Source: an uncultured Planctomycetia bacterium (GTDB taxonomy: Bacteria > Omnitrophota > Gorgyraeia > Gorgyraeales > Gorgyraeaceae). Taken from it: DNA of 64,000 bases. A model generated the notes under the pieces. That model was not told the DNA's origin. It saw only the letters and a program-made list of their open reading frames with translations, and made no database searches. A program made the position numbers and the translations under genes. The DNA is taken from positions 8,048 to 72,047 of the forward strand of contig CAYPYS010000002.1 in assembly GCA_964415355.1 (NCBI GenBank), given 5' to 3'. How positions within the stretch are numbered: position 1 is the stretch's first letter; every line of letters starts with the position of its first letter. Below, in pieces: positions 37,718 through 46,469 of the stretch.

Positions 37718-38749
37718 ATGCCTTCCTTTCCCGATATAAAAGATTTCACCTTAAGAGAACTGGAAAAAGATTTTTTGGATCTTGGCGAGCCACGTTATAG
37801 AGCGAAGCAGGTCTTCGAGTGGCTTTATAAAAAGGGTGTGTCTGATTTTGGAAGAATGAAAAACCTGCCATCAGGTTTTATAGACACATTAAATAAGAAT
37901 TATTCCGCGGGCGATATGGGGCTGGAGGAGCGGCGCAGGTCAAGAGAGGGCGCTGAGAAATTTGTGTTTAGGTTGGAAGACGATAAGCTTATAGAGACGG
38001 TTGTGCTATATGCCGGGAAGAGAAAGACAGTCTGTATTTCCACGCAGGTGGGCTGCAAATTTGCCTGTCCTTTTTGCGCGAGCGGGAAGCAGGGCTTTAC
38101 GAGAAACCTCAGGCCTTCTGAGATAACAGGGCAGGTACTTTTTTTAAAGAGCAATTTGCGCTATGATCTTACCAATTATGTCTTTATGGGCATGGGCGAG
38201 CCGCTGGACAACTATGAAAACCTGGCAAGGTCTATAATCATCATGAATTCAGAAGAAGGGCTCGGTATAGGCTCGAGAAGATTCACTGTGTCGACCTGCG
38301 GGATCGCACCCGGCATCGACGAGCTAAAGGGTCTGGGTCTGCAGGTAAATCTCTCGATATCCCTTCACGCGACAAATGACCCTCTCAGGAACATCCTTGT
38401 GCCTGTGAACAGGCGTTATCCGCTCGAGAAGCTTTTTAGGGCGTGCGAGAGGTATATAGAAGGCGTAGGGAGGCTTATAACGCTCGAGTATGTTTTGATA
38501 AAGGGTATAAATGATTCTACAAAGGATGCCTTGAGGCTTGGCGATATAGCGTGGAGGCTGCACGCCAAGGTAAATCTCATAAGATGCAGCGTGGTCGAGG
38601 GATGCGGCTACGAACCGCCTTCTGAAGACAGGGTGGATTTATTCACGAACACGCTTAAAAGGAAAAAGATAAAGGTTACATTGCGTAAATCCAAGGGCAG
38701 TGACATAGGTGCTGCGTGCGGCCAATTAGCCGGCTCTCTTCCCAGGTAA
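37718..38749 (+). CDS. rlmN: 23S rRNA/tRNA (adenine-C2)-methyltransferase RlmN (radical SAM)
   Basis: GCKFACPFCASG CxxxCxxC; conserved RlmN N-terminus. Confidence 0.8.
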   Translation: MPSFPDIKDFTLRELEKDFLDLGEPRYRAKQVFEWLYKKGVSDFGRMKNLPSGFIDTLNKNYSAGDMGLEERRRSREGAEKFVFRLEDDKLIETVVLYAGKRKTVCISTQVGCKFACPFCASGKQGFTRNLRPSEITGQVLFLKSNLRYDLTNYVFMGMGEPLDNYENLARSIIIMNSEEGLGIGSRRFTVSTCGIAPGIDELKGLGLQVNLSISLHATNDPLRNILVPVNRRYPLEKLFRACERYIEGVGRLITLEYVLIKGINDSTKDALRLGDIAWRLHAKVNLIRCSVVEGCGYEPPSEDRVDLFTNTLKRKKIKVTLRKSKGSDIGAACGQLAGSLPR

Positions 38750-38758
38750 TTTTGCTCG

Positions 38759-38956
38759 CCTAAGTTTACAATATAACACAAGTTACTCGCTTCGCTCGTA
38801 ACTTGTTTCAAAGGGGTTTTACCCCTATGACGCTACGCAATGTTTCTTTTCGTCACATTGCTCCACTGTTACCCCTCGAGGGACTGCCTGCAGCCCCTCG
38901 AGCTCCCCAGTTGCATGGAATTTTAATTCCATGCAATGTTGAAATGTAAAGTTAGC
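38759..38956. mobile_element. expanded (about 196-bp) structured variant of the palindromic element (MITE-like), copy E2
   Basis: collinear with E1; compensatory change gcaatgt/acattgc vs gcaatgc/gcattgc. Confidence 0.7.
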
Positions 38957-39144
38957 ACATAATCCCCCTCCTTGAAAGTAAGCGCTTTCTATGGTATACT
39001 AATAATATAAAAGATCATCCACATTCTTTCGGAAATAGTTGTTTTTGTTTCTGACATATCTAAGACAGAGTTAAGTTTTATTTAATATTTTTAGAGAAAA
39101 AATAATACAAAAGGTCGCTTTTTCTTAAGGGAGGTTTTTTCTCT

Positions 39145-41307
39145 ATGAAAACCAAGCGCAGCGTTACTAAGCGCTCTGTGAACGAAGCAGTACGCATGCA
39201 CAAACGTATTGTTGCTGCTTATAACATGACAGAGCGCCCTAGGGACCAGCTAAAAAAACTAAGTGAATGCTTTGCTAATTTCGGCGTAAACCCTGAGGAA
39301 AATATAAATCATCTGGTAAAGGTATGCGGGGAATTAATGGGCGCTGACTGCGCGCTCTATAATCGTCTGGAGGAAGACGCGCTTTATTCAATAGGCGTAT
39401 GGAATGTGCCTGATGGATTCAACCCCTGCATGAAGCCCCCTGAGGGATACATATGTTACGATTTAATCAAAAAAGAAGATGTCCAGATGTTTGTACTCCG
39501 CAATCTCTTAAAGACGAAATATGCGAAGACAGATCCGTATGTAAAAGAATACGGGCTCCGGACATATATAGGGCATGTGGTTAAATTAGGAGATATTCGT
39601 TTTGGCGCGCTATGCGTTGTTTACCAGAAAGACTTTGTTCCTCATAATGAAGAAAGACAGCTGATGGGAGCTATTGCCTCGGCAATTGCAACAGAGGAAC
39701 AGCGCAGGAAAGAAGAAAGCTATATTCGGAGGAGCGAAGAGGAGTTCAGGCTGGCTTTTGAGAGCGCCAAGGATGCCATATTTTGGGCAGATCCAAAGAC
39801 AGGCATTATAATAAGATGCAATAAGGCGGCAGAACTCCTTTTGGAAAAAACAAGAGATGAAATAATAGGCATCCATCAAACAGACCTTCATCCTGCGTCG
39901 ATGAAAAAGTATCACGCTTCTCAATTCAAGGACCACATAAAAATGAAAAGCGCGATTGATGCCTATGCAGAAGTAATAACCAAGTCAGGCAAGATCAAAC
40001 CCGTCCACATAACATCCTCTACTACTATTGTAGCCGGGCGAGATGTTATACAGGGCATCTTCCGGGATATTACAGAAATCAAGCGCAACGAGATGACCTT
40101 AAAACGTATGAACAGGAAACTGTTAGCGTTTAACCGCAGGCTGCATAAATTATCCCTTAAGGATCCTCATACAGGTCTATATAATCATAATTATTTCGGA
40201 GAGATCATAGAATCAGAATTTTATCGCGCCAAGAGAAACGTCCAGCCGCTTTCCATGATAATGATAGATATAGATTATTTCAAATCACTGAATGACGCAT
40301 ACGGGCATTCGTTCGGAGACTTCATCTTAAAACAATTTTCAAGGAAACTCAGGAAGTCCGTGCGGCTGCATGACCATGTCATAAGATTTGGCGGAGAGGA
40401 ATTTGCGATAGTGCTGCCAATGGCCAACAGGACTGATGCCCTGACCCTGGCAAAAAGGATAGCTGGTTTTATGAAAGGGCATAGTTTCGGGAACAAGAAA
40501 AACAGCATCAAATTAAAATTGAGCCTTGGTGTTTGTTCCTATCCTGACGATAACAGCATTTTTAAGAGTTCTGATTTTATCGAGGTGGCAGAGCGTATAT
40601 TGTCGAAGGCGAAGGAACTGGGAGGGGACAGGATATGCGATGTCAAGGATATAAAGGATAACGGATATTTTCCAAACAAGGTGCCGGAAGGATTGAGCGT
40701 ATCATTCATGAAACGAAAGCTTTCAGACATCACTATGCAGGTAAATCAGAGCCTTACAGAATCCATATTTGCTTTTGCAAAAACCATTAAATGTAAAGAT
40801 AGGTATGCCGGGCAGCATGTAGAGAAGACTGTTTTTTATGCCACAGAGATAGCGAAGAAGTTAGCGTTGCCCGAGGAGGATATCAGGATTATCGAGCAGG
40901 CAGCTATATTGCACGATCTGGGCAAGATAGGGATAAGTGAAAAGATCCTGCTCAAGAAAAAAAATCTTACAACTAAGGAATTCAGAAAGATAAAAGACCA
41001 CCCAAAAATAGCAATCGATATAATAAGGCCTATAAAATCCCTGCATGGTTTGATACCGTTGATCCTTTATCATCACGAGAGGTGGGATGGTAATGGTTAC
41101 CCCAGCGGTCTAAAAGGCAGAGAGATCCCGGTCGGCGCGCGCATAATCGCTATAGCGGATGTCTATCAGGCATTGACTTCAGACCGGCCATACCGCAAGG
41201 CGTTTTCAGAAAAAAAGGCGCTTAGTATAATCAGAGATAATTCTGGTACACAATTTGATCCTGAAATCGCATATGAGTTTTTGAATATCTTAGGAGAAAA
41301 GGAATAG
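39145..41307 (+). CDS. multidomain c-di-GMP turnover protein: N-terminal sensor plus PAS plus GGDEF (RFGGEEF) plus HD-GYP
   Basis: RFGGEEF; HDLGK...HHERWDGNGYP. Confidence 0.7.
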   Translation: MKTKRSVTKRSVNEAVRMHKRIVAAYNMTERPRDQLKKLSECFANFGVNPEENINHLVKVCGELMGADCALYNRLEEDALYSIGVWNVPDGFNPCMKPPEGYICYDLIKKEDVQMFVLRNLLKTKYAKTDPYVKEYGLRTYIGHVVKLGDIRFGALCVVYQKDFVPHNEERQLMGAIASAIATEEQRRKEESYIRRSEEEFRLAFESAKDAIFWADPKTGIIIRCNKAAELLLEKTRDEIIGIHQTDLHPASMKKYHASQFKDHIKMKSAIDAYAEVITKSGKIKPVHITSSTTIVAGRDVIQGIFRDITEIKRNEMTLKRMNRKLLAFNRRLHKLSLKDPHTGLYNHNYFGEIIESEFYRAKRNVQPLSMIMIDIDYFKSLNDAYGHSFGDFILKQFSRKLRKSVRLHDHVIRFGGEEFAIVLPMANRTDALTLAKRIAGFMKGHSFGNKKNSIKLKLSLGVCSYPDDNSIFKSSDFIEVAERILSKAKELGGDRICDVKDIKDNGYFPNKVPEGLSVSFMKRKLSDITMQVNQSLTESIFAFAKTIKCKDRYAGQHVEKTVFYATEIAKKLALPEEDIRIIEQAAILHDLGKIGISEKILLKKKNLTTKEFRKIKDHPKIAIDIIRPIKSLHGLIPLILYHHERWDGNGYPSGLKGREIPVGARIIAIADVYQALTSDRPYRKAFSEKKALSIIRDNSGTQFDPEIAYEFLNILGEKE

Positions 41308-41368
41308 TTTTTATCCCTCCCTTGTCTTTAATTCCTTCTTATGATAACATGATAAAAAGGCGTTTGCC

Positions 41369-41410
41369 CCTAACTTTACATTTCAACAACGTTAAAGTGT
41401 AAAGTTAGGC
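41369..41410. repeat. palindromic intergenic element copy 21
   Basis: cctaactttacatttcaacaacgttaaagtgtaaagttaggc. Confidence 0.85.
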
Positions 41411-41417
41411 GAGGAAT

Positions 41418-41708
41418 ATGGACGAAAATCTCTATAATCAGATCCAGGATAGGAAGCTTCATGAGCACGAGGCCTTATGCAAACGTTGCGGTAGCTGCTG
41501 TGGTGTTTTAGAGGGTGACCTTTGCGAACATCTGCAAAAAACGCCTGACAAAGGGTATTTCTGCGATATTTACGAGAATCGTTTCGGGCTGCGAAAGACT
41601 GTAAAAGGCGAACCAGTGCTGTGTGTCCCGATACGTGACATGCTCCACAGGACATGGTGGGGTCGCACCCAGTGCGCTTACGTGAGGCAAGGAGGAGAGA
41701 TAAGATGA
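41418..41708 (+). CDS. YkgJ/UPF0153-family Fe-S/zinc-binding protein
   Basis: CKRCGSCC cluster. Confidence 0.45.
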   Translation: MDENLYNQIQDRKLHEHEALCKRCGSCCGVLEGDLCEHLQKTPDKGYFCDIYENRFGLRKTVKGEPVLCVPIRDMLHRTWWGRTQCAYVRQGGEIR

Positions 41709-42331
41709 GGAAAATATTGCATATTATTGCGACACCGAGAGGCGGGGAGTCGAGGACGCTTAAGGTGAGCTGGGCGTTTTTGGAGACATTGCAGTCAAAA
41801 GGGCATGACTGGGACGTAGACACGCTGAATCTGTTCGAGGAAGAACTTCCAGAGCTTACAGTCAAGAGGGTCGACGGGAAATACGCGCTTCTTGGCGGCA
41901 AAGATTTGTCAGGAGAACTGAAAGCGTCATGGCAGGAGATCGTCGCGGTTATCGAGAGATTTTTATCAGCAGATGCTTATCTGATAAGCTCTCCGATGTG
42001 GAACTTCGGGATCCCCTATCGCTTGAAACATTATATAGACGTGATCATGCAGCCAAGATATCTCTTTAGTTATACTGCCAGCGGGCCTGAAGGGCTGGCA
42101 AAAAATAAGAAGATGGTAGTCGTGACAAGCCGGGGAGGGGATTATAGCTCTAAAGAGATGTCGAAGATGGATCTCGAGGAGCCCTATCTTCGTACTATTT
42201 TTGCATTGGCTGGCATCGAGGATATTGATTTTATAAACGCGCAGCCCATGGACGCGATGGGGCTGGATGTTCAGAAGCAAAAAATAGAAGAAGCTAAAAA
42301 GCTGGCAAGAAGCATGGCAGCGAGTTTATAA
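41705..42331 (+). CDS. azoR: FMN-dependent NADH-azoreductase-like flavodoxin-fold protein
   Basis: N-terminal ILHIIATPRGGESRT; about 200 aa; start trimmed to RBS-preceded ATG. Confidence 0.6.
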   Translation: MRKILHIIATPRGGESRTLKVSWAFLETLQSKGHDWDVDTLNLFEEELPELTVKRVDGKYALLGGKDLSGELKASWQEIVAVIERFLSADAYLISSPMWNFGIPYRLKHYIDVIMQPRYLFSYTASGPEGLAKNKKMVVVTSRGGDYSSKEMSKMDLEEPYLRTIFALAGIEDIDFINAQPMDAMGLDVQKQKIEEAKKLARSMAASL

Positions 42332-42332
42332 A

Positions 42333-42524
42333 ATGCCAGGATATATCTGTCCGAATTGTAAAAAGCCTATTTATGATGACGAGGCCTTGCTGTGCCTTTA
42401 TTGCGGAGACAGCCTTAAGCGCAGCGTAGGCTTTATGGGGAAGTTTAAATATCCGACGCCAAGAGTGATGCTGCTGATTATTATTGCGCTGACGCTCCTG
42501 GCTTTTTTATTATTAATATTATAG
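42333..42524 (+). CDS. small zinc-ribbon protein with C-terminal TM helix
   Basis: CPNC...CLYC. Confidence 0.3.
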   Translation: MPGYICPNCKKPIYDDEALLCLYCGDSLKRSVGFMGKFKYPTPRVMLLIIIALTLLAFLLLIL

Positions 42525-42537
42525 AAAGGAGTGGCGC

Positions 42538-43002
42538 ATGAAAAGAATCGTGCTTTTAGCTTTTGGTTTGGTTTTAATTGTTGCTGCGACAGCAATGGCT
42601 ATTCAACTGCCCGGTGTCGAGAACATTAAGGAAGATATGCCCGTTGGAGCTAAAAAGATCGCAGAGTCTTTTTCCAAGGCAGTGCTGGATAGGATTAGCG
42701 ACAAAACAGGGGTCCTTGAAAAAGATATCGAGGCGTATTTTCTTAGTATGGCCGTGATATTGATAAACGGAGGATTGGAGGTTAAAGAAGCAGAAGAGGT
42801 AATTGATAGGTCACTGCCTCTATATGAGACTTTTCTTGCAGAGATCATGGATGGAAACAAGCCAGATCCTTATATAAATACTTATATTGACAGGGTCCAG
42901 AAATTACTCAAAGAGTTTGGTTTTAGCAATGACGATACAACCAAGCTACTCATTCTTATAAAAAACCATTTCTTTAAACTATGGGAATCTATCGGTAGGT
43001 GA
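42538..43002 (+). CDS. secreted hypothetical protein
   Basis: signal peptide AMA-IQ. Confidence 0.4.
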   Translation: MKRIVLLAFGLVLIVAATAMAIQLPGVENIKEDMPVGAKKIAESFSKAVLDRISDKTGVLEKDIEAYFLSMAVILINGGLEVKEAEEVIDRSLPLYETFLAEIMDGNKPDPYINTYIDRVQKLLKEFGFSNDDTTKLLILIKNHFFKLWESIGR

Positions 43003-43028
43003 TAAGGTGTAAACTTAAGTGAGTAAAT

Positions 43029-44258
43029 ATGAAGAGAAATATTTTAAAACCTGAGCTTGTTTCGCCTGCAGGGGATTGGCCTTCATTGGTCGCTGCAGTG
43101 GAGGGCGGGGCGGATAGTGTATATTTTGGCGTAAAGATCCTCAATATGAGGAACCTGGCGGCTAACTTTGACGTAACAGAGCTTCCGAAGATAATGAAAT
43201 TCCTACGCGATAATGATAAAAAAGGCTATCTGGCTCTTAACGTGATAGTCATGGATAAGGAGCTTGCCAAGGTAGAGAGGATATTGCGCGCTGCGAAAAA
43301 AGCAGACGTAGACGCGGTTATATTATGGGATATGGCTGTTTTTTCTATAGCGAAGAGACTAGGCTTAAAGATCCATCTTTCAACGCAGGCCAGTGTCTCC
43401 AATAAAGAGGCGCTTTTGTTTTTTTCCAAGCTAGGCGCCAGAAGGGTAGTGCTGGCGAGAGAATGTTCCTTGGGGGATATAAAGGAGATCTCGAATTATA
43501 TCGCGAAAAAGCGCTTGAACTGCGAAATAGAAACGTTTATTCACGGCGCCATGTGCGTGAGCGTCTCAGGTAGATGTTTTTTATCCGAACATTCGTTTGG
43601 GAGGTCAGCGAATCGAGGCCAGTGCCTCCAGCCGTGCCGCAGGGAATATTATATTTCCGATGTAGAGGGGGAGGTTTCTTATCGCTTAGGCAAAGATTAT
43701 ATTTTAAGCCCAAAGGATTTGTGCGTGATCGATTTTATTGATGAACTGCTCGCGGCGGGCATGCACGCGCTTAAGATAGAAGGAAGGATGAAGTCTGCGG
43801 AATACACGAGAGTAGTGACGTTTGTTTATAGAAAAGCGATAGATCTTGCTTTAAAAGGTGCGCTTTCAGAAAAGCTAAAAAAGGATCTTAAAAAAGAATT
43901 AGAGGCAGTTTATAACCGCGGATTTTCAAAGGGGTTTTTATTTGGCGTTCCCGTGGGAGAGATAAGTAAAGGCGGAGAACATACTCACGAGAAAGTCTTT
44001 ATAGGCGAGGTGACAAAGTTTTTCAAGAAGATAAGCGTTGCCCGGATAAAGATATTTGATCATGCTTTTAAGGTGGGAGACGATATAATGTTTATCGGGA
44101 AAAACACGCCTGCCCGGGCTGCCTCGGTAAGCCAGATCGAACACAGGCATAAGCCCAGAAAAAAGGCCTTAAAGGGCGAGGAAGTCGGCGTAAAACTCCC
44201 TTTTTTTGTAAGGCAGAACGACAAAGTATTTCTCTGGCGTAAGAAACTTAGATCATGA
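43029..44258 (+). CDS. peptidase U32 family protein
   Basis: EIETFIHGAMCVSVSGRCFLS U32 signature. Confidence 0.75.
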   Translation: MKRNILKPELVSPAGDWPSLVAAVEGGADSVYFGVKILNMRNLAANFDVTELPKIMKFLRDNDKKGYLALNVIVMDKELAKVERILRAAKKADVDAVILWDMAVFSIAKRLGLKIHLSTQASVSNKEALLFFSKLGARRVVLARECSLGDIKEISNYIAKKRLNCEIETFIHGAMCVSVSGRCFLSEHSFGRSANRGQCLQPCRREYYISDVEGEVSYRLGKDYILSPKDLCVIDFIDELLAAGMHALKIEGRMKSAEYTRVVTFVYRKAIDLALKGALSEKLKKDLKKELEAVYNRGFSKGFLFGVPVGEISKGGEHTHEKVFIGEVTKFFKKISVARIKIFDHAFKVGDDIMFIGKNTPARAASVSQIEHRHKPRKKALKGEEVGVKLPFFVRQNDKVFLWRKKLRS

Positions 44259-44668
44259 CTATATTCAATGTAACCAGCGAAAAAGAAGACGTTTTAAAAG
44301 CTAAGATGGAGTCTCTCAACATAAAAGAAAGAGACATAGAGGAAAGGTTTATCCGCGCGAGCAAGAAGGGCGGACAAAAGGTCAATAAGACTTCCTCGTG
44401 CGTTTATCTTAAGCACAGGCCTACGGGAATAGAGGTCAAGTGCCAGAGAGAGCGCTCCCAGGCATTAAACAGGTTTCTGGCCAGAAGGATACTCGCTGAT
44501 AAGATCGAGTCGCTCGTCCTGGGCAAAAAGGCAGCGGAGCAAAAGAGAATAGAAAAGATAAGGCGCCAGAAGAGGAGGCGCTCCCGCCGCGCAAAAGAAA
44601 AGATGCTCAGGTATAAAAAAATCCGATCTCAAAAAAAGGAGCTGCGCAGGCCGCCCGCGCTGGCCTAA
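44255..44668 (+). CDS. arfB: alternative ribosome-rescue factor ArfB (GGQ peptidyl-tRNA hydrolase with basic C-tail)
   Basis: GGQKVNKT motif; about 137 aa; K/R-rich C-terminus; stop TAA inside repeat copy 23. Confidence 0.7.
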   Translation: MTIFNVTSEKEDVLKAKMESLNIKERDIEERFIRASKKGGQKVNKTSSCVYLKHRPTGIEVKCQRERSQALNRFLARRILADKIESLVLGKKAAEQKRIEKIRRQKRRRSRRAKEKMLRYKKIRSQKKELRRPPALA

Positions 44669-44703
44669 GTTTACACTTTAACGTTGTTGAAATGTAAAGT
44701 TAG
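44664..44703. repeat. palindromic intergenic element copy 23 (last copy in window)
   Basis: gcctaagtttacactttaacgttgttgaaatgtaaagttag. Confidence 0.85.
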
Positions 44704-44758
44704 TGTTATGATATTATTGTAAATAAAATGCAGTAAGCAAACAAAAGGAGGAATACCA

Positions 44759-44992
44759 ATGCCATATGATGCTTCTTTAGACAAGGAAATCTTTGGTAAG
44801 GCTGTTGAGAATGACATGGGGAGATTGTCAGTAAAGGTTATGGCTTACAATGAAGGCGTCAAGAAATTGCAGATATCCAGGGAGAGACGCGACGCGGAAG
44901 GCGAATATAAATTTGCCAAATTAGGGAGAATGACAAAGGAAGAGGCGGAGAGTATTGTTCCTTTGATCCAAGAAGCCCTGCCGCAGATGTAA
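44759..44992 (+). CDS. hypothetical small protein
   Basis: RBS aaaggagg. Confidence 0.35.
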   Translation: MPYDASLDKEIFGKAVENDMGRLSVKVMAYNEGVKKLQISRERRDAEGEYKFAKLGRMTKEEAESIVPLIQEALPQM

Positions 44993-45018
44993 GGATTCCG
45001 AAGACAGCTATAAGATAT

Positions 45019-45444
45019 ATGAGAATCAGGGTATTTTTGTTATTGGCTATGGTTTTGTTTTTGAAAAACCCGGCCTTGGCTGAAGCTGGCGTGGGAGAAA
45101 AGCTGGCCGGCGTGACCATTAAAAGCACGGTTAAGGTATATGTAGCAATAACAAACATTGAAAAGACAAAGAAGAAGATCGTTGATAAGATACAAAAAAC
45201 AGATAAAAAAGAATTCAGGGAACGATATGCCAAGCTTTATGAGCTGGTAAAGGATTTGCCTTCGGATATAAAGACTACTTACAGGATCACCCCTGGCATG
45301 ACCATGGAGCAGATGGTTGAAAATGTAAGATCAGTAGATAAGAAGGCGGTATATAAAATAATAAATAGCATGTCCGATAGAACTGTTACAGAGCTTTTTA
45401 AGCAATATCTTAAGGAGATGGGCAAAAAATCCAAAAAAATGTAA
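45019..45444 (+). CDS. secreted hypothetical protein
   Basis: signal peptide ALA-EA. Confidence 0.4.
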   Translation: MRIRVFLLLAMVLFLKNPALAEAGVGEKLAGVTIKSTVKVYVAITNIEKTKKKIVDKIQKTDKKEFRERYAKLYELVKDLPSDIKTTYRITPGMTMEQMVENVRSVDKKAVYKIINSMSDRTVTELFKQYLKEMGKKSKKM

Positions 45445-45470
45445 ACTATGATTACAATTAAATGCGGAAA

Positions 45471-45510
45471 GTAAAACCTTCACGGCGAAAGCTGTGAGGG
45501 TTTTTTATTT
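45471..45510 (+). terminator. terminator cassette copy 1 (ccttcacggc gaaa gctgtgaggg plus T-run)
   Basis: hairpin with G-U wobbles plus tttttt; near-identical copies at 45972 and (minus strand) 55371. Confidence 0.6.
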
Positions 45511-45567
45511 TTGACCCCGTCGCCATAAATCCTGAGATATTGGCCGATTGGTGATCCCTGCGACTTA

Positions 45568-45596
45568 TTGACTATTTTGAAGACAGGGTGTAGAAT
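45568..45596 (+). promoter_or_regulatory. promoter TTGACT-17-TAGAAT (promoter cassette copy A, 45523-45617)
   Basis: about 95-bp block nearly identical to 47284-47387. Confidence 0.6.
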
Positions 45597-45617
45597 GAAA
45601 TTAAGTGGGAGGTGCAT

Positions 45618-45890
45618 ATGGACTGGAAGATATTTTTGGCAACGTTTAGCGCTATATTTCTTGCAGAACTTGCAGATAAGACACAGTTTGTTGGTATTGG
45701 CATGTCAGCGAAGTCAGGGAAACCTTTATCGGTTTGGCTTGGCTCTATATCCGCGTATATCATTGTTACTGCTATCACGGTTTTGATCGGAGCTACTCTA
45801 GGAAAGTACATAAAACCCGAGATCGTAAGATATACTGGCGCATCGCTATTTGTAATAATCGGAATTTTGATGTTTTTCGGGAAAATATGA
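45618..45890 (+). CDS. UPF0016 (GDT1/TMEM165) family membrane protein, single-repeat form
   Basis: ELADKTQ motif; 3 TM helices; ATG 45618 after GGGAGG. Confidence 0.6.
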   Translation: MDWKIFLATFSAIFLAELADKTQFVGIGMSAKSGKPLSVWLGSISAYIIVTAITVLIGATLGKYIKPEIVRYTGASLFVIIGILMFFGKI

Positions 45891-45971
45891 AACCTTGACA
45901 AACCTGTGATCCCGATGTAAACTATGACTACAATTAAATAATGTCCCGTGTTTGAAGGATGAAATCCCGGA

Positions 45972-46012
45972 CAATAATAAAGTAAAACCTTCACGGCGAA
46001 AGCTGTGAGGGT
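45972..46012 (+). terminator. terminator cassette copy 2
   Basis: same hairpin plus T-run as 45471-45510, preceded by the same gtaaactatgaYtacaattaaat block. Confidence 0.6.
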
Positions 46013-46038
46013 TTTTTGTTTTATATAACTCCGTGCTA

Positions 46039-46139
46039 TTACCTAACAAATATATTAGAAGTACTGTTTGTTAGGTAACTTTCCTTATTGACATTTGTTA
46101 CCTAACAATGTATACTATTTAATAGAGTGTTAGGTAACA
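46039..46139 (+). promoter_or_regulatory. operator array: four TTACCTAACAA half-sites forming two inverted-repeat pairs overlapping promoter TTGACA(46088)-17-TATACT(46111)
   Basis: 46039-46050/46067-46078 and 46097-46108/46128-46139 read directly. Confidence 0.55.
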
Positions 46140-46151
46140 AGGGGGTGCAAT

Positions 46152-46469
46152 ATGGGCGTTATAAAAGGAGCCTTGAAAGAAGAGCTTGAAAATTCTCTGC
46201 GCATGAAGAAGGAATATGAAAAGGCCTTAAAGGAGCTTCCGGATGGATGCTTGGCCGAAAAGAAGATACGCGGCCATAAATATTATTATTTAGTCAAAAG
46301 GTTCCATAAGAAGGTCAAATATATCTATAAAGGTAAGCTTTTAAAGGAAGAGGTCGCTAAATACAACGACGCTAAGATCCTAAGGGCTAAATACAGAAAA
46401 TTGCTGTCGCAGGTTAAAAAGCAGATAAGGTTTTTAAGGAGTAGTCTACGTGGAAAAGAATCAATATAA
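46152..46469 (+). CDS. small basic hypothetical protein (candidate regulator/antitoxin of the downstream nucleotidyltransferase)
   Basis: overlaps downstream gene by 20 nt; strongly regulated promoter. Confidence 0.35.
   Translation: MGVIKGALKEELENSLRMKKEYEKALKELPDGCLAEKKIRGHKYYYLVKRFHKKVKYIYKGKLLKEEVAKYNDAKILRAKYRKLLSQVKKQIRFLRSSLRGKESI

Noticed and set aside
77-44703. CRISPR array interpretation of the recurring 38-bp repeat
   Set aside because: The intervening 'spacers' are 0.5-2.6 kb protein-coding genes of variable length. The repeats occur in both orientations and no cas genes are present.
2396-46139. Integron attC (59-be) interpretation: element termini CCTAAC...GTTAGG and the 46-kb ACCTAAC..GTTAGGT pairs resemble RYYYAAC / GTTRRRY core sites
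   Set aside because: - The elements are only 38-42 bp, shorter than any attC.
- They lack L'/L'' boxes, and the ~46-kb pair's spacer is not self-complementary.
- They flank promoter-bearing housekeeping genes rather than promoterless cassettes.
- No intI gene is seen.
This remains a formal alternative worth testing genome-wide.
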